A stretch of 63,957 bases of DNA, the filler included, from Caldilineae bacterium (GTDB taxonomy: Bacteria; Chloroflexota; Anaerolineae; DTLA01): the NCBI GenBank assembly GCA_037446815.1. It is 9 parts of 9 records of this genome, joined end to end, with 100 filler letters (N's around TTAATTAATTAA, not from the genome) between each part and the next. Parts side by side here need not be neighbours in the genome. Positions count along the whole stretch, not along the records: positions 1 to 7,582 come from JBBIHX010000140.1; positions 7,683 to 15,222 come from JBBIHX010000141.1; 7 more parts are not named here. One strand, 5' to 3'. The notes under the pieces are model-generated. The model saw only the letters and a list, made by a program, of their open reading frames with translations, had not been told where the DNA came from and searched no databases. A program made the position numbers and the translations under genes. Shown piece after piece: positions 1-8,840 of the stretch; the first letter of the stretch is position 1; each line of letters opens with the position of its first letter.

Positions 1-135
1 GAGGGAACTGGCGCTGCGCCCCACCCCCTCACCGCGGCGGCTTCAGCCCCGCGCGACCCTGCCCCCACAACTGTCATTCCGAGCGGCGCAGCCGCGAGGA
101 ATCTCGCAAACCGAGACCCTTCGCTCCGCTCACAA
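1..135. repeat. Mosaic REP-like palindrome cluster
   Basis: GCGGCGGCTTCAGCCCCGCGC and TGTCATTCCGAGCGGCGCAGCCGCGAGGAATCTCGC modules that recur in many intergenic regions of the window. Confidence 0.7.
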
Positions 136-148
136 TGCCAGCGGGCAC

Positions 149-177
149 TTGACCGTGCCGGGAGGATACGGTATCAT
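149..177 (+). promoter_or_regulatory. Sigma70-type promoter of rhomboid-SDH operon
   Basis: TTGACC-17bp-TATCAT upstream of AGGAGG RBS and ATG 204. Confidence 0.55.
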
Positions 178-203
178 TGGGCAACGCTGCCACAGGAGGC
201 TAC

Positions 204-905
204 ATGATCCCACTGAAAGACACCATCCGCGCACGCGGATTCTCCATCGTCAACTGGCTCCTCATCGCCGCCAACGTGGCGACGTTCCTGCTCATGACCT
301 GGCTCACCCCGCGCCAACAGGAATGGCTCATCCGTGCGCTGGGTGTGGTCCCCGCCCGCCTCCTCGGTCATCTGGACATCGGGCAGATGCTCACGCTCCT
401 CACATCCCAGTTCCTGCACGGCGGCTGGTTCCACCTCATCAGCAACATGTGGGCGCTGTACATCTTCGGCGACAACGTGGAGGACTGCATGGGGAGCGGC
501 CGCTACCTGGTGTTTTACCTGTTCTCCGGCGTGGTGGCCGGGCTGGCCCAGTCCGCGCTCTCCCCCGGCTCCACCATCCCCATGGTCGGCGCGAGCGGAG
601 CCATCGCGGGGGTGCTGGGCGCGTACCTGGTGCTGTTTCCGCAGTCGCGGGTCATCACGCTGGTGCCCGTGTTCCTGGTGCCGTGGTTTGTGCAGATACC
701 GGCGGTTTTGTACCTGTTCCTGTGGTTCGTGTCGCAACTGTTCAGCGGGCTGTTTGCGCTGGCCGCCGCAGGCGCGGTGGGTATGTACGGAGGCGTGGCC
801 TGGTGGGCGCACGTGGGCGGATTCATCACGGGCCTTGTCCTGGCCCGCCTGCTGGCCCGGCGCGGTTACAACCGCTGCTACGCCGACGAAATCTATCCCT
901 GGTAA
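204..905 (+). CDS. Rhomboid family intramembrane serine protease
   Basis: MIPLKD start, FLHGGWFHLISNM, GASGA catalytic Ser motif, AHVGGF catalytic His; RBS AGGAGG at 194. Confidence 0.92.
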   Translation: MIPLKDTIRARGFSIVNWLLIAANVATFLLMTWLTPRQQEWLIRALGVVPARLLGHLDIGQMLTLLTSQFLHGGWFHLISNMWALYIFGDNVEDCMGSGRYLVFYLFSGVVAGLAQSALSPGSTIPMVGASGAIAGVLGAYLVLFPQSRVITLVPVFLVPWFVQIPAVLYLFLWFVSQLFSGLFALAAAGAVGMYGGVAWWAHVGGFITGLVLARLLARRGYNRCYADEIYPW

Positions 906-925
906 GCCGCAAGGAGGTTGTAGCC

Positions 926-1774
926 ATGTCGCTGTTTGACTTCTTCTGGATCTTCCTCATCATCTCTTCCCTTACCCCGCTGCTCCGACAGCGGATGCTG
1001 GACGCGGCCCGCGTTCGCACCATGCGCAAACTGGAAGTGAAGCACAAGAGCCGCGTCATCGCGCTCATCCACCGGCAAGAGACGTTCTCATTCCTGGGCT
1101 TGCCCCTGGCGCGCTACATTGACGTGCACGACTCCGAGCAAGTCCTGCGCGCCATCCACCTGACCGACCCCGAAGTGCCCATTGACCTCATCATCCACAC
1201 GCCGGGCGGGCTGGTCCTGGCGGCCGAGCAAATCGCCTACGCCCTGTGCCGACACAAGGGGACGGTTACCGTCTTCGTGCCCCACTACGCCATGTCGGGC
1301 GGCACCATGATCGCCCTCGCCGCCGACCAGATCGTGATGGATCCCAACGCCGTCCTTGGACCGGTGGACCCCCAACTGGGCCAGTGGCCCGCGGCCTCCA
1401 TCGTGAAAGTGGTGGAGCAGAAGGACATCAACGAGGTGGACGACCAGACGCTCATCATGGCTGACATGGCGCGCAAGGCGCTGGTGCAGGTCAAGCGGAC
1501 GGTAACCCACATCCTGAGCGAGAACAACATGCCCGCCGACAAAGCCGAGGAACTGGCGACGGTGCTCACGTCGGGCACATGGACCCACGACTACCCCATC
1601 TCGGTGCGCGAGGCGCAGGAGTTGGGTCTGCCCGTGAGCACCGACATGCCGCCCGAGGTGTACGAACTGATGAACCTGTACCCGCAGACGACGCAGCGGC
1701 GGCCCTCGGTGGAGTACATCCCAACGCCCTACGCGCCCGCGCCCAGCCGCCCCGCCCGCAACGGCAGGGACTAG
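926..1774 (+). CDS. SDH family ClpP-fold serine protease
   Basis: IHTPGGLVLAA, AMSGGT, LGPVDPQ, WTHDYPI motifs; RBS AAGGAGG at 911; real start is ATG 926, not 149. Confidence 0.9.
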   Translation: MSLFDFFWIFLIISSLTPLLRQRMLDAARVRTMRKLEVKHKSRVIALIHRQETFSFLGLPLARYIDVHDSEQVLRAIHLTDPEVPIDLIIHTPGGLVLAAEQIAYALCRHKGTVTVFVPHYAMSGGTMIALAADQIVMDPNAVLGPVDPQLGQWPAASIVKVVEQKDINEVDDQTLIMADMARKALVQVKRTVTHILSENNMPADKAEELATVLTSGTWTHDYPISVREAQELGLPVSTDMPPEVYELMNLYPQTTQRRPSVEYIPTPYAPAPSRPARNGRD

Positions 1775-1777
1775 CGC

Positions 1778-4396
1778 CTACCACGGCACCGTGAGCGTGC
1801 AATCCTGCGTCGCCTTGACCCAGTAGCCAAACCCGGGGCGCATCTGTTGCAGCGTGTTGGCGAAATCCGGCACCTGCGGGCTGTAACTGCGCCATTCGGC
1901 GCCGGGGGTTGCGGCGTCGTACTCAAATACGAGCGTGTACTTGCCCGCGATGGAGGCCAGCGCCTCGGCAACCGGCCGCGCCGTCCCTGCCGGATAGCCG
2001 ATGAGGTTCCACCCCGCGTACAGCGGGATGTCGGTCGTCGTCGGCGTCTCGCCTTCCACGGTGAGCGTTCCCGCCTGCGTCATGTGCACCCACAGCCCCA
2101 TGTTGCGGGCGATGTACGTAAGGTCGCCGCCGAGGCCGGGCACGTAGGACTTCCATGGGTCGGCGGGGTCGCTGGCATCCCAAGCGTACACCACGTCGTA
2201 CTTCCCCGCGATGGACGCCAGGACCTCCTCCGGCGCGGTTCCGTTCAGCACGCGCGGGATGGAAATCAGATTCCAGCCCGCCGGCAGGTCCGCCGAGAAC
2301 GGCGTGGAGAAACTATACTGCCACACGCTGCCGCCCACCGTGCCCGCAAACACGGTCGGGTTGGCCCCGGAAGAGATTCCCAGCGCCTGCACGTAGGTGT
2401 GCCCAAGCCCGTTGACGAAGGCGCTCCATGTGGCCCCCCCATCGGTGGAGCGGAAGACGCCGCCGTTGTTGGAGCCGACGTACAGCGTGCGATCTGTGGC
2501 GAACTCCGACGAGATGGCGATGGACGTGATGCGCCGCGAGCCGATGGTGTTCGCCAGTTGCGCCCACGATCCCCCGCCGTTGGTGGAGCGGTACAGGCCG
2601 CCATCGGTGCCCGCGAACACGGTCTGGTCCGAGGCGAAGGCGGGCGACAGTGCCACGACCCACACGCGCAGGTTGCCCAGGCCCGCGCTGGCGTTGCTCC
2701 AACTCGCGCCGCCGTTGGTGGTCTTGTACACGCCGCCTTCCCACATGCCGGCGAAGACCGTTTGATCGGCGGCGTAGTTGGGCGATGCCGCCAGCGAGTA
2801 GATGCCCTTCTTCGGCAGGCCGCTCAGCGCCCGCGCCCACGTGTTGCCGCCATCGGTGGACTTGAACACGCCGGTTACGTAGGAGTCCACGCAGGTCGGG
2901 AAGTCCTTGCACAGGGTTCCGGCGAACACCGTGCGGTCGCTGGCGTAGTTGGGCGAGATGGCCAGGGCGCGCACGTTCTTGTTCTCCAAGCCGGTCTCCG
3001 GGTTGCTCCACGACAGGCCGCCGTCGGTTGTGCGGGCGATGCCGTTGCGCCCGTTGCCCATGCCCATGTGATTGCCCGCAAACAGGGTGCGGTCATTGGC
3101 GAAGTTGGGCGAAATGGCCAACGTGTACGTGTCCAGCAGGCTGAAGGTCTGCGCGTTGCGGTTGTGCCACGTCAGGCCGCCGTCGGTGGACGCGAAGATG
3201 CCCGGGCCGCCGCTCGCGCTGTACACCGTGCGGTCGGCGGCGAAGTTGGGCGACACCGCCAGCGCCGTCATCCGCTGGGCCATCATCCCGCGCCGAACGA
3301 TGCTCCACGTGGCCCCGGCGTCGGTGGACTTGAGCACGCCCGTGCCGAACGTGCCCACGAAAAGCGTGCGGTCGGCGGCGAAGTTGGGCGAGATGGCCAT
3401 GGCCCACACGTCGGGATTGATGCGGTTGCCCTCGTCCAGATAGTCTATGTTGAACTGGTACATGGTCCACGAGTCGCCGCCGTTGGTGGACTTGAACCCT
3501 TGCCACGACGGGCAACCGGTGAACAGGGTGCGGTCACTGGCGAAGTTGGGCGAAATCACGATGGAGCCCACATCCTGCTGCGGCGTGTGGCCCGTGTTGA
3601 TGGCCGCCCACGACGCGCCGCCGTTGGTGGAGCGCCAGATGCCCGCTCGCCCCGTGCCCAGAAACAGCGTCTGGTCGGAGGCATATGCCGGCGAGAAGGC
3701 CAGCGTGCGCAGGTCGGCCAGCGCCGTGGACGACAGACCGGTGTTGATGGCGGCCCACGTGTTGCCGCGATTGGCGCTCTTGTACACGCCTGCCGACGTC
3801 AGGGCGATGAGCGTGTTGTCGGTCGCGAAGGCGGGCGACACCGCCACAGCCCCCACGCCGACCGACCCGATGTTGGCGCGGATGTCCGTCCACGTGGCCC
3901 CGCCGTCGGTGGAGCGGTACAGGGCATCGGTGTTGCCGCGGCTCACGTATAGGGTGCGGTCGGTGGCGAAGGCGGGCGAGAAGGCAATAGCCCGAATCTC
4001 GCCCGTATTGAGCGGGCTAGGCATCTGCGCCCACGACGCGCCGCCATCGGTGGAGCGAAACAGCCCGGAGTAGTTGGTGCCGGCCATGATGAGGCTATCG
4101 CTGGGGAAGGCAGGCGACATCCCCAGCACGTACACGGTCAGGTTCGTGAGGCCATTCCGCGCCTCAACCCACGACGCGCCGCCGTCGGTGGTCTTGAACA
4201 CGCCGCCGCCATTGGTGCCGGCGAAGAGCGTCCCGTCCACGGCGAAGTTGGGCGAGATGGCCAGCGCGTCCACCGCGCCGCCTTCGGGCCCGCCGCGTGT
4301 CCAGACCTTGTCGCCAGCGCGGGCAGGCGCGGCCCAGGCGGCGAGTATCACCATGCACGTGGCAGCCGCCAACGCCTTTCGGATGGTATGTGTCAT
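1778..4396 (-). CDS. Secreted BNR/Asp-box repeat beta-propeller protein with duplicated C-terminal GWNLI domain
   Basis: Signal peptide ending ARA-G; many SPNFAxDxTLF and STDGGxxW repeats; PAGWNLISIP and YAGWNLIGYP repeats at the C-terminus. Confidence 0.85.
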   Translation of the reverse strand: MTHTIRKALAAATCMVILAAWAAPARAGDKVWTRGGPEGGAVDALAISPNFAVDGTLFAGTNGGGVFKTTDGGASWVEARNGLTNLTVYVLGMSPAFPSDSLIMAGTNYSGLFRSTDGGASWAQMPSPLNTGEIRAIAFSPAFATDRTLYVSRGNTDALYRSTDGGATWTDIRANIGSVGVGAVAVSPAFATDNTLIALTSAGVYKSANRGNTWAAINTGLSSTALADLRTLAFSPAYASDQTLFLGTGRAGIWRSTNGGASWAAINTGHTPQQDVGSIVISPNFASDRTLFTGCPSWQGFKSTNGGDSWTMYQFNIDYLDEGNRINPDVWAMAISPNFAADRTLFVGTFGTGVLKSTDAGATWSIVRRGMMAQRMTALAVSPNFAADRTVYSASGGPGIFASTDGGLTWHNRNAQTFSLLDTYTLAISPNFANDRTLFAGNHMGMGNGRNGIARTTDGGLSWSNPETGLENKNVRALAISPNYASDRTVFAGTLCKDFPTCVDSYVTGVFKSTDGGNTWARALSGLPKKGIYSLAASPNYAADQTVFAGMWEGGVYKTTNGGASWSNASAGLGNLRVWVVALSPAFASDQTVFAGTDGGLYRSTNGGGSWAQLANTIGSRRITSIAISSEFATDRTLYVGSNNGGVFRSTDGGATWSAFVNGLGHTYVQALGISSGANPTVFAGTVGGSVWQYSFSTPFSADLPAGWNLISIPRVLNGTAPEEVLASIAGKYDVVYAWDASDPADPWKSYVPGLGGDLTYIARNMGLWVHMTQAGTLTVEGETPTTTDIPLYAGWNLIGYPAGTARPVAEALASIAGKYTLVFEYDAATPGAEWRSYSPQVPDFANTLQQMRPGFGYWVKATQDCTLTVPW

Positions 4397-4576
4397 GACT
4401 TCCTCCCGCTATTCGAGGCGCAAGTTGTGTGCCAGGCGAAGGGCGAATCAGGGTTGCCCACACACCACTCTGCCTATACTTTACACTCTGTGGAGTGTGG
4501 CTACAATAGGAAATAGGTCTCGCCGCGCAAACCCTTTTTCCGCAGCCCGCATCAAAACGATAGGAGGTGAATCCTT

Positions 4577-4912
4577 ATGGAAACCAAGAAGACAGCTCTC
4601 GGCCTGGATGAGAACATAGAGGGCCTGCTAGCCTATCTGGGGTGGTGGGTAACCGGCCTGCTGTTCTACTTCCTGGAGCCCCAGAACAAGTTCGTGCGGT
4701 TCCACGCCATGCAGTCCATCGTAGCCTTCGGCGCGATCACCGTCGCCGCGTTCGTGCTGGGCCTGATTCCCGTCATCGGGTGGATTCTGTCCCCCATCCT
4801 CTGGCTGGCGGGTGTGGCGCTGACGATATGGCTCATGTACAAGGCGTACCAGGGGGAGATGTACAAACTGCCCTGGGCGGGCGACTTCGCCGAACAGCAG
4901 GCGAACAAGTAG
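4577..4912 (+). CDS. DUF4870-like membrane protein
   Basis: GLDENI...LAY, FVRFHAMQS, KAYQGEMYKLP motifs; RBS AGGAGG. Confidence 0.85.
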   Translation: METKKTALGLDENIEGLLAYLGWWVTGLLFYFLEPQNKFVRFHAMQSIVAFGAITVAAFVLGLIPVIGWILSPILWLAGVALTIWLMYKAYQGEMYKLPWAGDFAEQQANK

Positions 4913-4956
4913 CCCGTCCCTGCCTGGGGAGTCAGGCTCGCCTCGGCCGAAGACAC

Positions 4957-5062
4957 CTCACCCCTCGTTACCAGCGGAAAGCCGAGGGGTGAGGGCGTCG
5001 CTCCCTCGCCCGCTGGGAGAGGGCTGGGGTGAGGGCGTCGCCCGCGCCGCTCTCCAACCCCG
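4957..5062. repeat. CCCTCACCCC...GGGAGAGGG-type palindromic repeat
   Basis: CCCTCGCCCGCTGGGAGAGGGCTGGGGTGAGGG module, also near 30206, 34688, 48739 and 57332. Confidence 0.65.
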
Positions 5063-5137
5063 CGTTTTTCAAAGCGGCCCGTGTGTGGTATCATTCGCGC
5101 GCCGGTTCGGTAAGTTGCAACGAGGGGAGCGGTATCC

Positions 5138-6034
5138 ATGAGCGGGGTCGCTGCGCGCAACAGGCCCGTCCCGCTCGCGCTGGTCTTCACCGCCGACGAC
5201 TTCGGGCGCGACGAGGCCATCAATCGCGCCGTCCTGCGCGCTCACCGCGACGGCGTGCTTACCTCCGCAAGCCTCATGGTTGCGGGCGCGGCCTTTGACC
5301 ACGCCGTAGCCCTGGCCAAGGCCGCGCCGACCCTGGCCGTGGGTCTCCATGCGGTCATGGTGGACGGGCCTTCGGTCCTGGGCCACGCCGCCCTGCCCCA
5401 CATCACGGATTCGTCGGGCCGCTTCCCCGCCGACCCCTACGGCCTGGGCATCCGCTACCAGTTCAGCGCCACCGCCCGCGCGGAACTGGCCCGCGAACTG
5501 GAGGCGCAGTTTGAGCGATTTGCGGCTACCGGCCTGCCCCTGGCCCACGCCGACGGGCATTACCACATGCACATGCACCCCGCCGTCTTCCCCATCTTCC
5601 TCCGCCTCGCCGAGGCCTTTGGGGCGTCGGGGTTTCGCCTGCCCAACGATGACCTGCGCCTGGCATTGGGGTACGATCCCTCGCGCCGCATGCTCAAGGC
5701 GCTTTGGCACGTGTACTACGCCGCGCTCCGCCGCTGGGGCAGGGGACACGCGGCCGCGTCCGCTCTGGCCCGCGCGGACAGGGTTTACGGTCTCTACCAG
5801 ACTGGTCGGCTGTCGGAGTCGTATCTGCTCTACCTGGTGGAGCGCATCCCGCCGAGCGTGCACGTGGCGGAAATCTACGGCCATCCCTCCGAGCAAGACC
5901 TGGGCGAACCAGGCGGGCCGAACCCAGGCGACCTAGCCGCGCTCCTCAGCCCGCGCGTCCGCGAATGGATAGCGCAGAGGGGCCACCGTCTCATTTCTTA
6001 CAGAGACCTGACCCGCCAGCGAGGTGCGCCATGA
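5138..6034 (+). CDS. hpnK: YdjC/ChbG family deacetylase, HpnK-like
   Basis: TADDFG, GVLTSASLMV, VGLH, DGHYHMHMHP, EIYGHP motifs; coupled to an HpnI-like GT. Confidence 0.75.
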   Translation: MSGVAARNRPVPLALVFTADDFGRDEAINRAVLRAHRDGVLTSASLMVAGAAFDHAVALAKAAPTLAVGLHAVMVDGPSVLGHAALPHITDSSGRFPADPYGLGIRYQFSATARAELARELEAQFERFAATGLPLAHADGHYHMHMHPAVFPIFLRLAEAFGASGFRLPNDDLRLALGYDPSRRMLKALWHVYYAALRRWGRGHAAASALARADRVYGLYQTGRLSESYLLYLVERIPPSVHVAEIYGHPSEQDLGEPGGPNPGDLAALLSPRVREWIAQRGHRLISYRDLTRQRGAP

Positions 6035-7212
6035 TCTCGGTACTCGTGCTTCTTATCATCATGAGTTGGGCCTTCTGGCTGGTGGCGTGGCTATGCACCT
6101 ATGACTTCTACCACAAGGCGCAGATGCTGTCATCGGCTAGCCCGGCGCGCGAACCCTACACGCCGCCCGTATCCATCCTGAAGCCCATCAAGGGCGTGGA
6201 CGCCGACGCCTACGAGTGCCTCTTGAGTTTCGTGCGCCAGGACTATCCAACCTACGAAGTGCTCATCGGCGTCCTGGACCCAGACGATCCCGCGGTGGGC
6301 CTGGCGGCGCGTCTCCAGCGCGAACACCCCGACAGAGTGCGCCTGGTCATCGCCGAGCCCATCGGCTACAACAACAAGGTAAGCATCCTGCACGCCCTTG
6401 CCGCCCAGGCCCGGCATCCGATCCTCGTCGTGGCCGACAGCGACATGCGCGTTGGCCCCGACTACCTGCGGCGCGTGGTGGCCCCGCTGAAGGACCCATC
6501 GGTCGCCCTGGTAACCTGCGCCTACGTGGGCGACAAGGCGCTGACCCTCACGGCCCGACTGGAGGCCCTGTACATGGGCGCCACCTTCCTGCCGATGGTG
6601 ATGGTGGCGCGCCGCTACCTGAACATGCGCTTCGCCACGGGCGCGACCGACGCCTTCCGCGCCGCCGACCTGGAGCGCATCGGCGGGTTCCGCGCCCTGG
6701 CCGACTACCTGGCCGACGACTTCCAACTGGGGCATCAGTTGTCGCAGGGCGGGCAGCGCGTCGTCCTGTCGGACTACATCCCGCGCGCCGTGCTGGGCAA
6801 GACCTCGTTCCGCGACCAGTGGCATCGGGAGGTGCGCTGGGCGCGGTGCAATCGGGTGAGCCGCCCGCTGGAGTACCCGGCGCTCCTGGTAACCCTGGCG
6901 GTGCCGCTGGCCCTCGTGTTGGCGCTCATCAAGGGATTCGCCGCGCCCTTCGCGTGGATCCTCATTGCGTCGCTGCTCATCAGGTGGTGGGTGGCGTGGC
7001 AGGTTTCGGGATACACCGGCGACCGCGAGACGCGGCGGAACTTGCACCTGCTACCGCTACGCGACGGGCTGACGGCGGCCGTCTGGGTGGCGGGCGGCGT
7101 GGGTTCCTCCATCCAGTGGCGCGGCGAGCGGTACAGCCTCCGCAGGGGCGGCAGACTCGGCCCTCCGCGTCCCTCGTTCGTCCGCACGCTCCTGCGGCGC
7201 ACGCACGGGTAG
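6031..7212 (+). CDS. hpnI: GT2/GT21 glycosyltransferase, HpnI/ceramide glucosyltransferase-like
   Basis: PPVSILKPIKG, NNKV, ADSD (DxD), YLADDFQLG, REVRWAR; ATGA overlap with upstream gene. Confidence 0.75.
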   Translation: MISVLVLLIIMSWAFWLVAWLCTYDFYHKAQMLSSASPAREPYTPPVSILKPIKGVDADAYECLLSFVRQDYPTYEVLIGVLDPDDPAVGLAARLQREHPDRVRLVIAEPIGYNNKVSILHALAAQARHPILVVADSDMRVGPDYLRRVVAPLKDPSVALVTCAYVGDKALTLTARLEALYMGATFLPMVMVARRYLNMRFATGATDAFRAADLERIGGFRALADYLADDFQLGHQLSQGGQRVVLSDYIPRAVLGKTSFRDQWHREVRWARCNRVSRPLEYPALLVTLAVPLALVLALIKGFAAPFAWILIASLLIRWWVAWQVSGYTGDRETRRNLHLLPLRDGLTAAVWVAGGVGSSIQWRGERYSLRRGGRLGPPRPSFVRTLLRRTHG

Positions 7213-7249
7213 CCGCGCGGCTGCTGCGGCGGTGCGGGGCAACGACACG

Positions 7250-7582
7250 CACCGCAAAGACGCCGAGGACGCAGAGGAAGTCCTGACTCTTTCTCTGCGG
7301 CCTCTGTGTCTCCCCGGTACACCGCACGGCAACCCATGAGAAGCGCGCCCGTCCCGCCGACATGGTTCCAGAGTCTGTTGGTATCTACTGTCATTCTGAG
7401 CGGCGAAGCCGCGAAGAATCTCGCTGACCGAGATGCTTCGCCTTCGGCTCAGCATGACAGAGTGGGGAGGCGGTGCGCTGCTCGGCAACCCATGAGAAGC
7501 GCGCCCGTCCCGCCGACATGGTTCCAGAGTCTGTTGGTATCTACTGTCATTCTGAGCGGCGAAGCCGCGAAGAATCTCGCTG
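7250..7582. repeat. Palindrome cluster with 156-bp tandem duplication containing MITE-derived end and REP hairpin
   Basis: CGGCAACCCATGAGAAGC... starts at 7327 and again at 7483; contains GGTTCCAGAGTCTGTTGG and GTCATTCTGAG...CTCAGCATGAC; runs into contig end. Confidence 0.8.
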
Positions 7583-7682
7583 NNNNNNNNNNNNNNNNNN
7601 NNNNNNNNNNNNNNNNNNNNNNNNNNTTAATTAATTAANNNNNNNNNNNNNNNNNNNNNNNNNNNNNNNNNNNNNNNNNNNN
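7583..7682. other. Artificial contig linker
   Basis: N44-TTAATTAATTAA-N44 (stops in all six frames). Confidence 0.98.
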
Positions 7683-7691
7683 ACGCCCACG

Positions 7692-8801
7692 GTGCCCCCC
7701 GGCCAATCCGAAATCGTCCTGCAGTACGGCAAGGATGGCTACACCCAGATGTGGGACACCTACATCTCCGGCTGGGAAGAGACCAACAACTACGGCACCG
7801 CGTGGACCATGAAGATTCGCACCGGCGACGTGCGCCAGGCGCTGCTCAAGTTTGACCTATCACGCGTGCCCGCCGGGGCCAGCGTAACCGGCGCCCACCT
7901 GGACCTGTACGTAACCGAGGGCACGGTCCACGTTCTGGACGTGGGCGCGTACAAAGTGCTGCGCCCGTGGAGCGAGACCGAGGCGACGTGGATTCTCGCG
8001 CGCACAGCCGACCCCTGGAGCGCGCGCGGGTGCGCGGCAGTGGGGAGCGACCGCGCCGGCGACGCCGTCTACACGCAGACGGTGCACGGCGCCGTGGGCT
8101 ATTGGTACTCGTGGGACGTAACATCGCTGGTGCAGGACTGGCTGGCCCAGCCGGACGAGAATCACGGGCTCATCCTGCGGGGCGCGTCTGGTACCAACAC
8201 CGAGTACACCGTTGCCTCGGCCCAGCACCCCACGCAGGAATGGCATCCCAAACTGGTGATTCGGTACACGCTGTCCACTCCGACGCCAACGCCCACGGCC
8301 ACCCGCACCGCCACACCCACGCGGACGCCCACGCCCGAATACACCCCGACCCCTACGGCGACGCCCACGGCCACGCCCCCGTGGGGCGGGATAGAGGGCA
8401 TCGTGTTCCACGACCTGAACTCGGATGGGCAGTACCAGTGGGGCGAGCCACCGCTGGCCGGCGCCCTCATCACCCTGCGCACCGAGGCCGGCGCGCAAAT
8501 CGCGACGCGCCTCACCCAGTCCAGCGGCCGCTACGCCTTCCCATACCTGGACCCGGGCACGTACTACATCACGGAGACCGACCCGCCCGGGTACACGTCC
8601 ACGGCCAACACGTTCCGCATCACGGTAATCCCGAATTGGACGTTCGTCATCAACTTCGCCGACTATCCGTCAACGGCGGCGTCGCCAACGCCAACGGCCA
8701 CGGCCACAACCACGCCCACACCGACCGCAACGGCGACGGCAACGCCGCACAACACACCGAGGGCCAGGCTATGGCTGCCGTGTGTCGCGCGGGGCGACTG
8801 A
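7692..8801 (+). CDS. 5'-truncated secreted protein: DNRLRE-like domain, Thr/Pro linker, SdrD-B-like domain, LPxxxR tail
   Basis: DTYIS..., LLKFDLS, W.E..ATW, NHGLIL, PKLVI; GIVFHDLNSDG...GEP; ends RLWLPCVARGD; begins at contig edge. Confidence 0.8.
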   Translation: MPPGQSEIVLQYGKDGYTQMWDTYISGWEETNNYGTAWTMKIRTGDVRQALLKFDLSRVPAGASVTGAHLDLYVTEGTVHVLDVGAYKVLRPWSETEATWILARTADPWSARGCAAVGSDRAGDAVYTQTVHGAVGYWYSWDVTSLVQDWLAQPDENHGLILRGASGTNTEYTVASAQHPTQEWHPKLVIRYTLSTPTPTPTATRTATPTRTPTPEYTPTPTATPTATPPWGGIEGIVFHDLNSDGQYQWGEPPLAGALITLRTEAGAQIATRLTQSSGRYAFPYLDPGTYYITETDPPGYTSTANTFRITVIPNWTFVINFADYPSTAASPTPTATATTTPTPTATATATPHNTPRARLWLPCVARGD

Positions 8802-8840
8802 GCGTCCTGCCGGGCGGCAACTTGAGGGAGCAGACACGAA

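Noticed and set aside
149..925. 541-aa fusion ORF starting at 149
   Set aside because: The N-terminal part is an off-frame read of the rhomboid gene; the SDH gene has its own RBS and ATG at 926.
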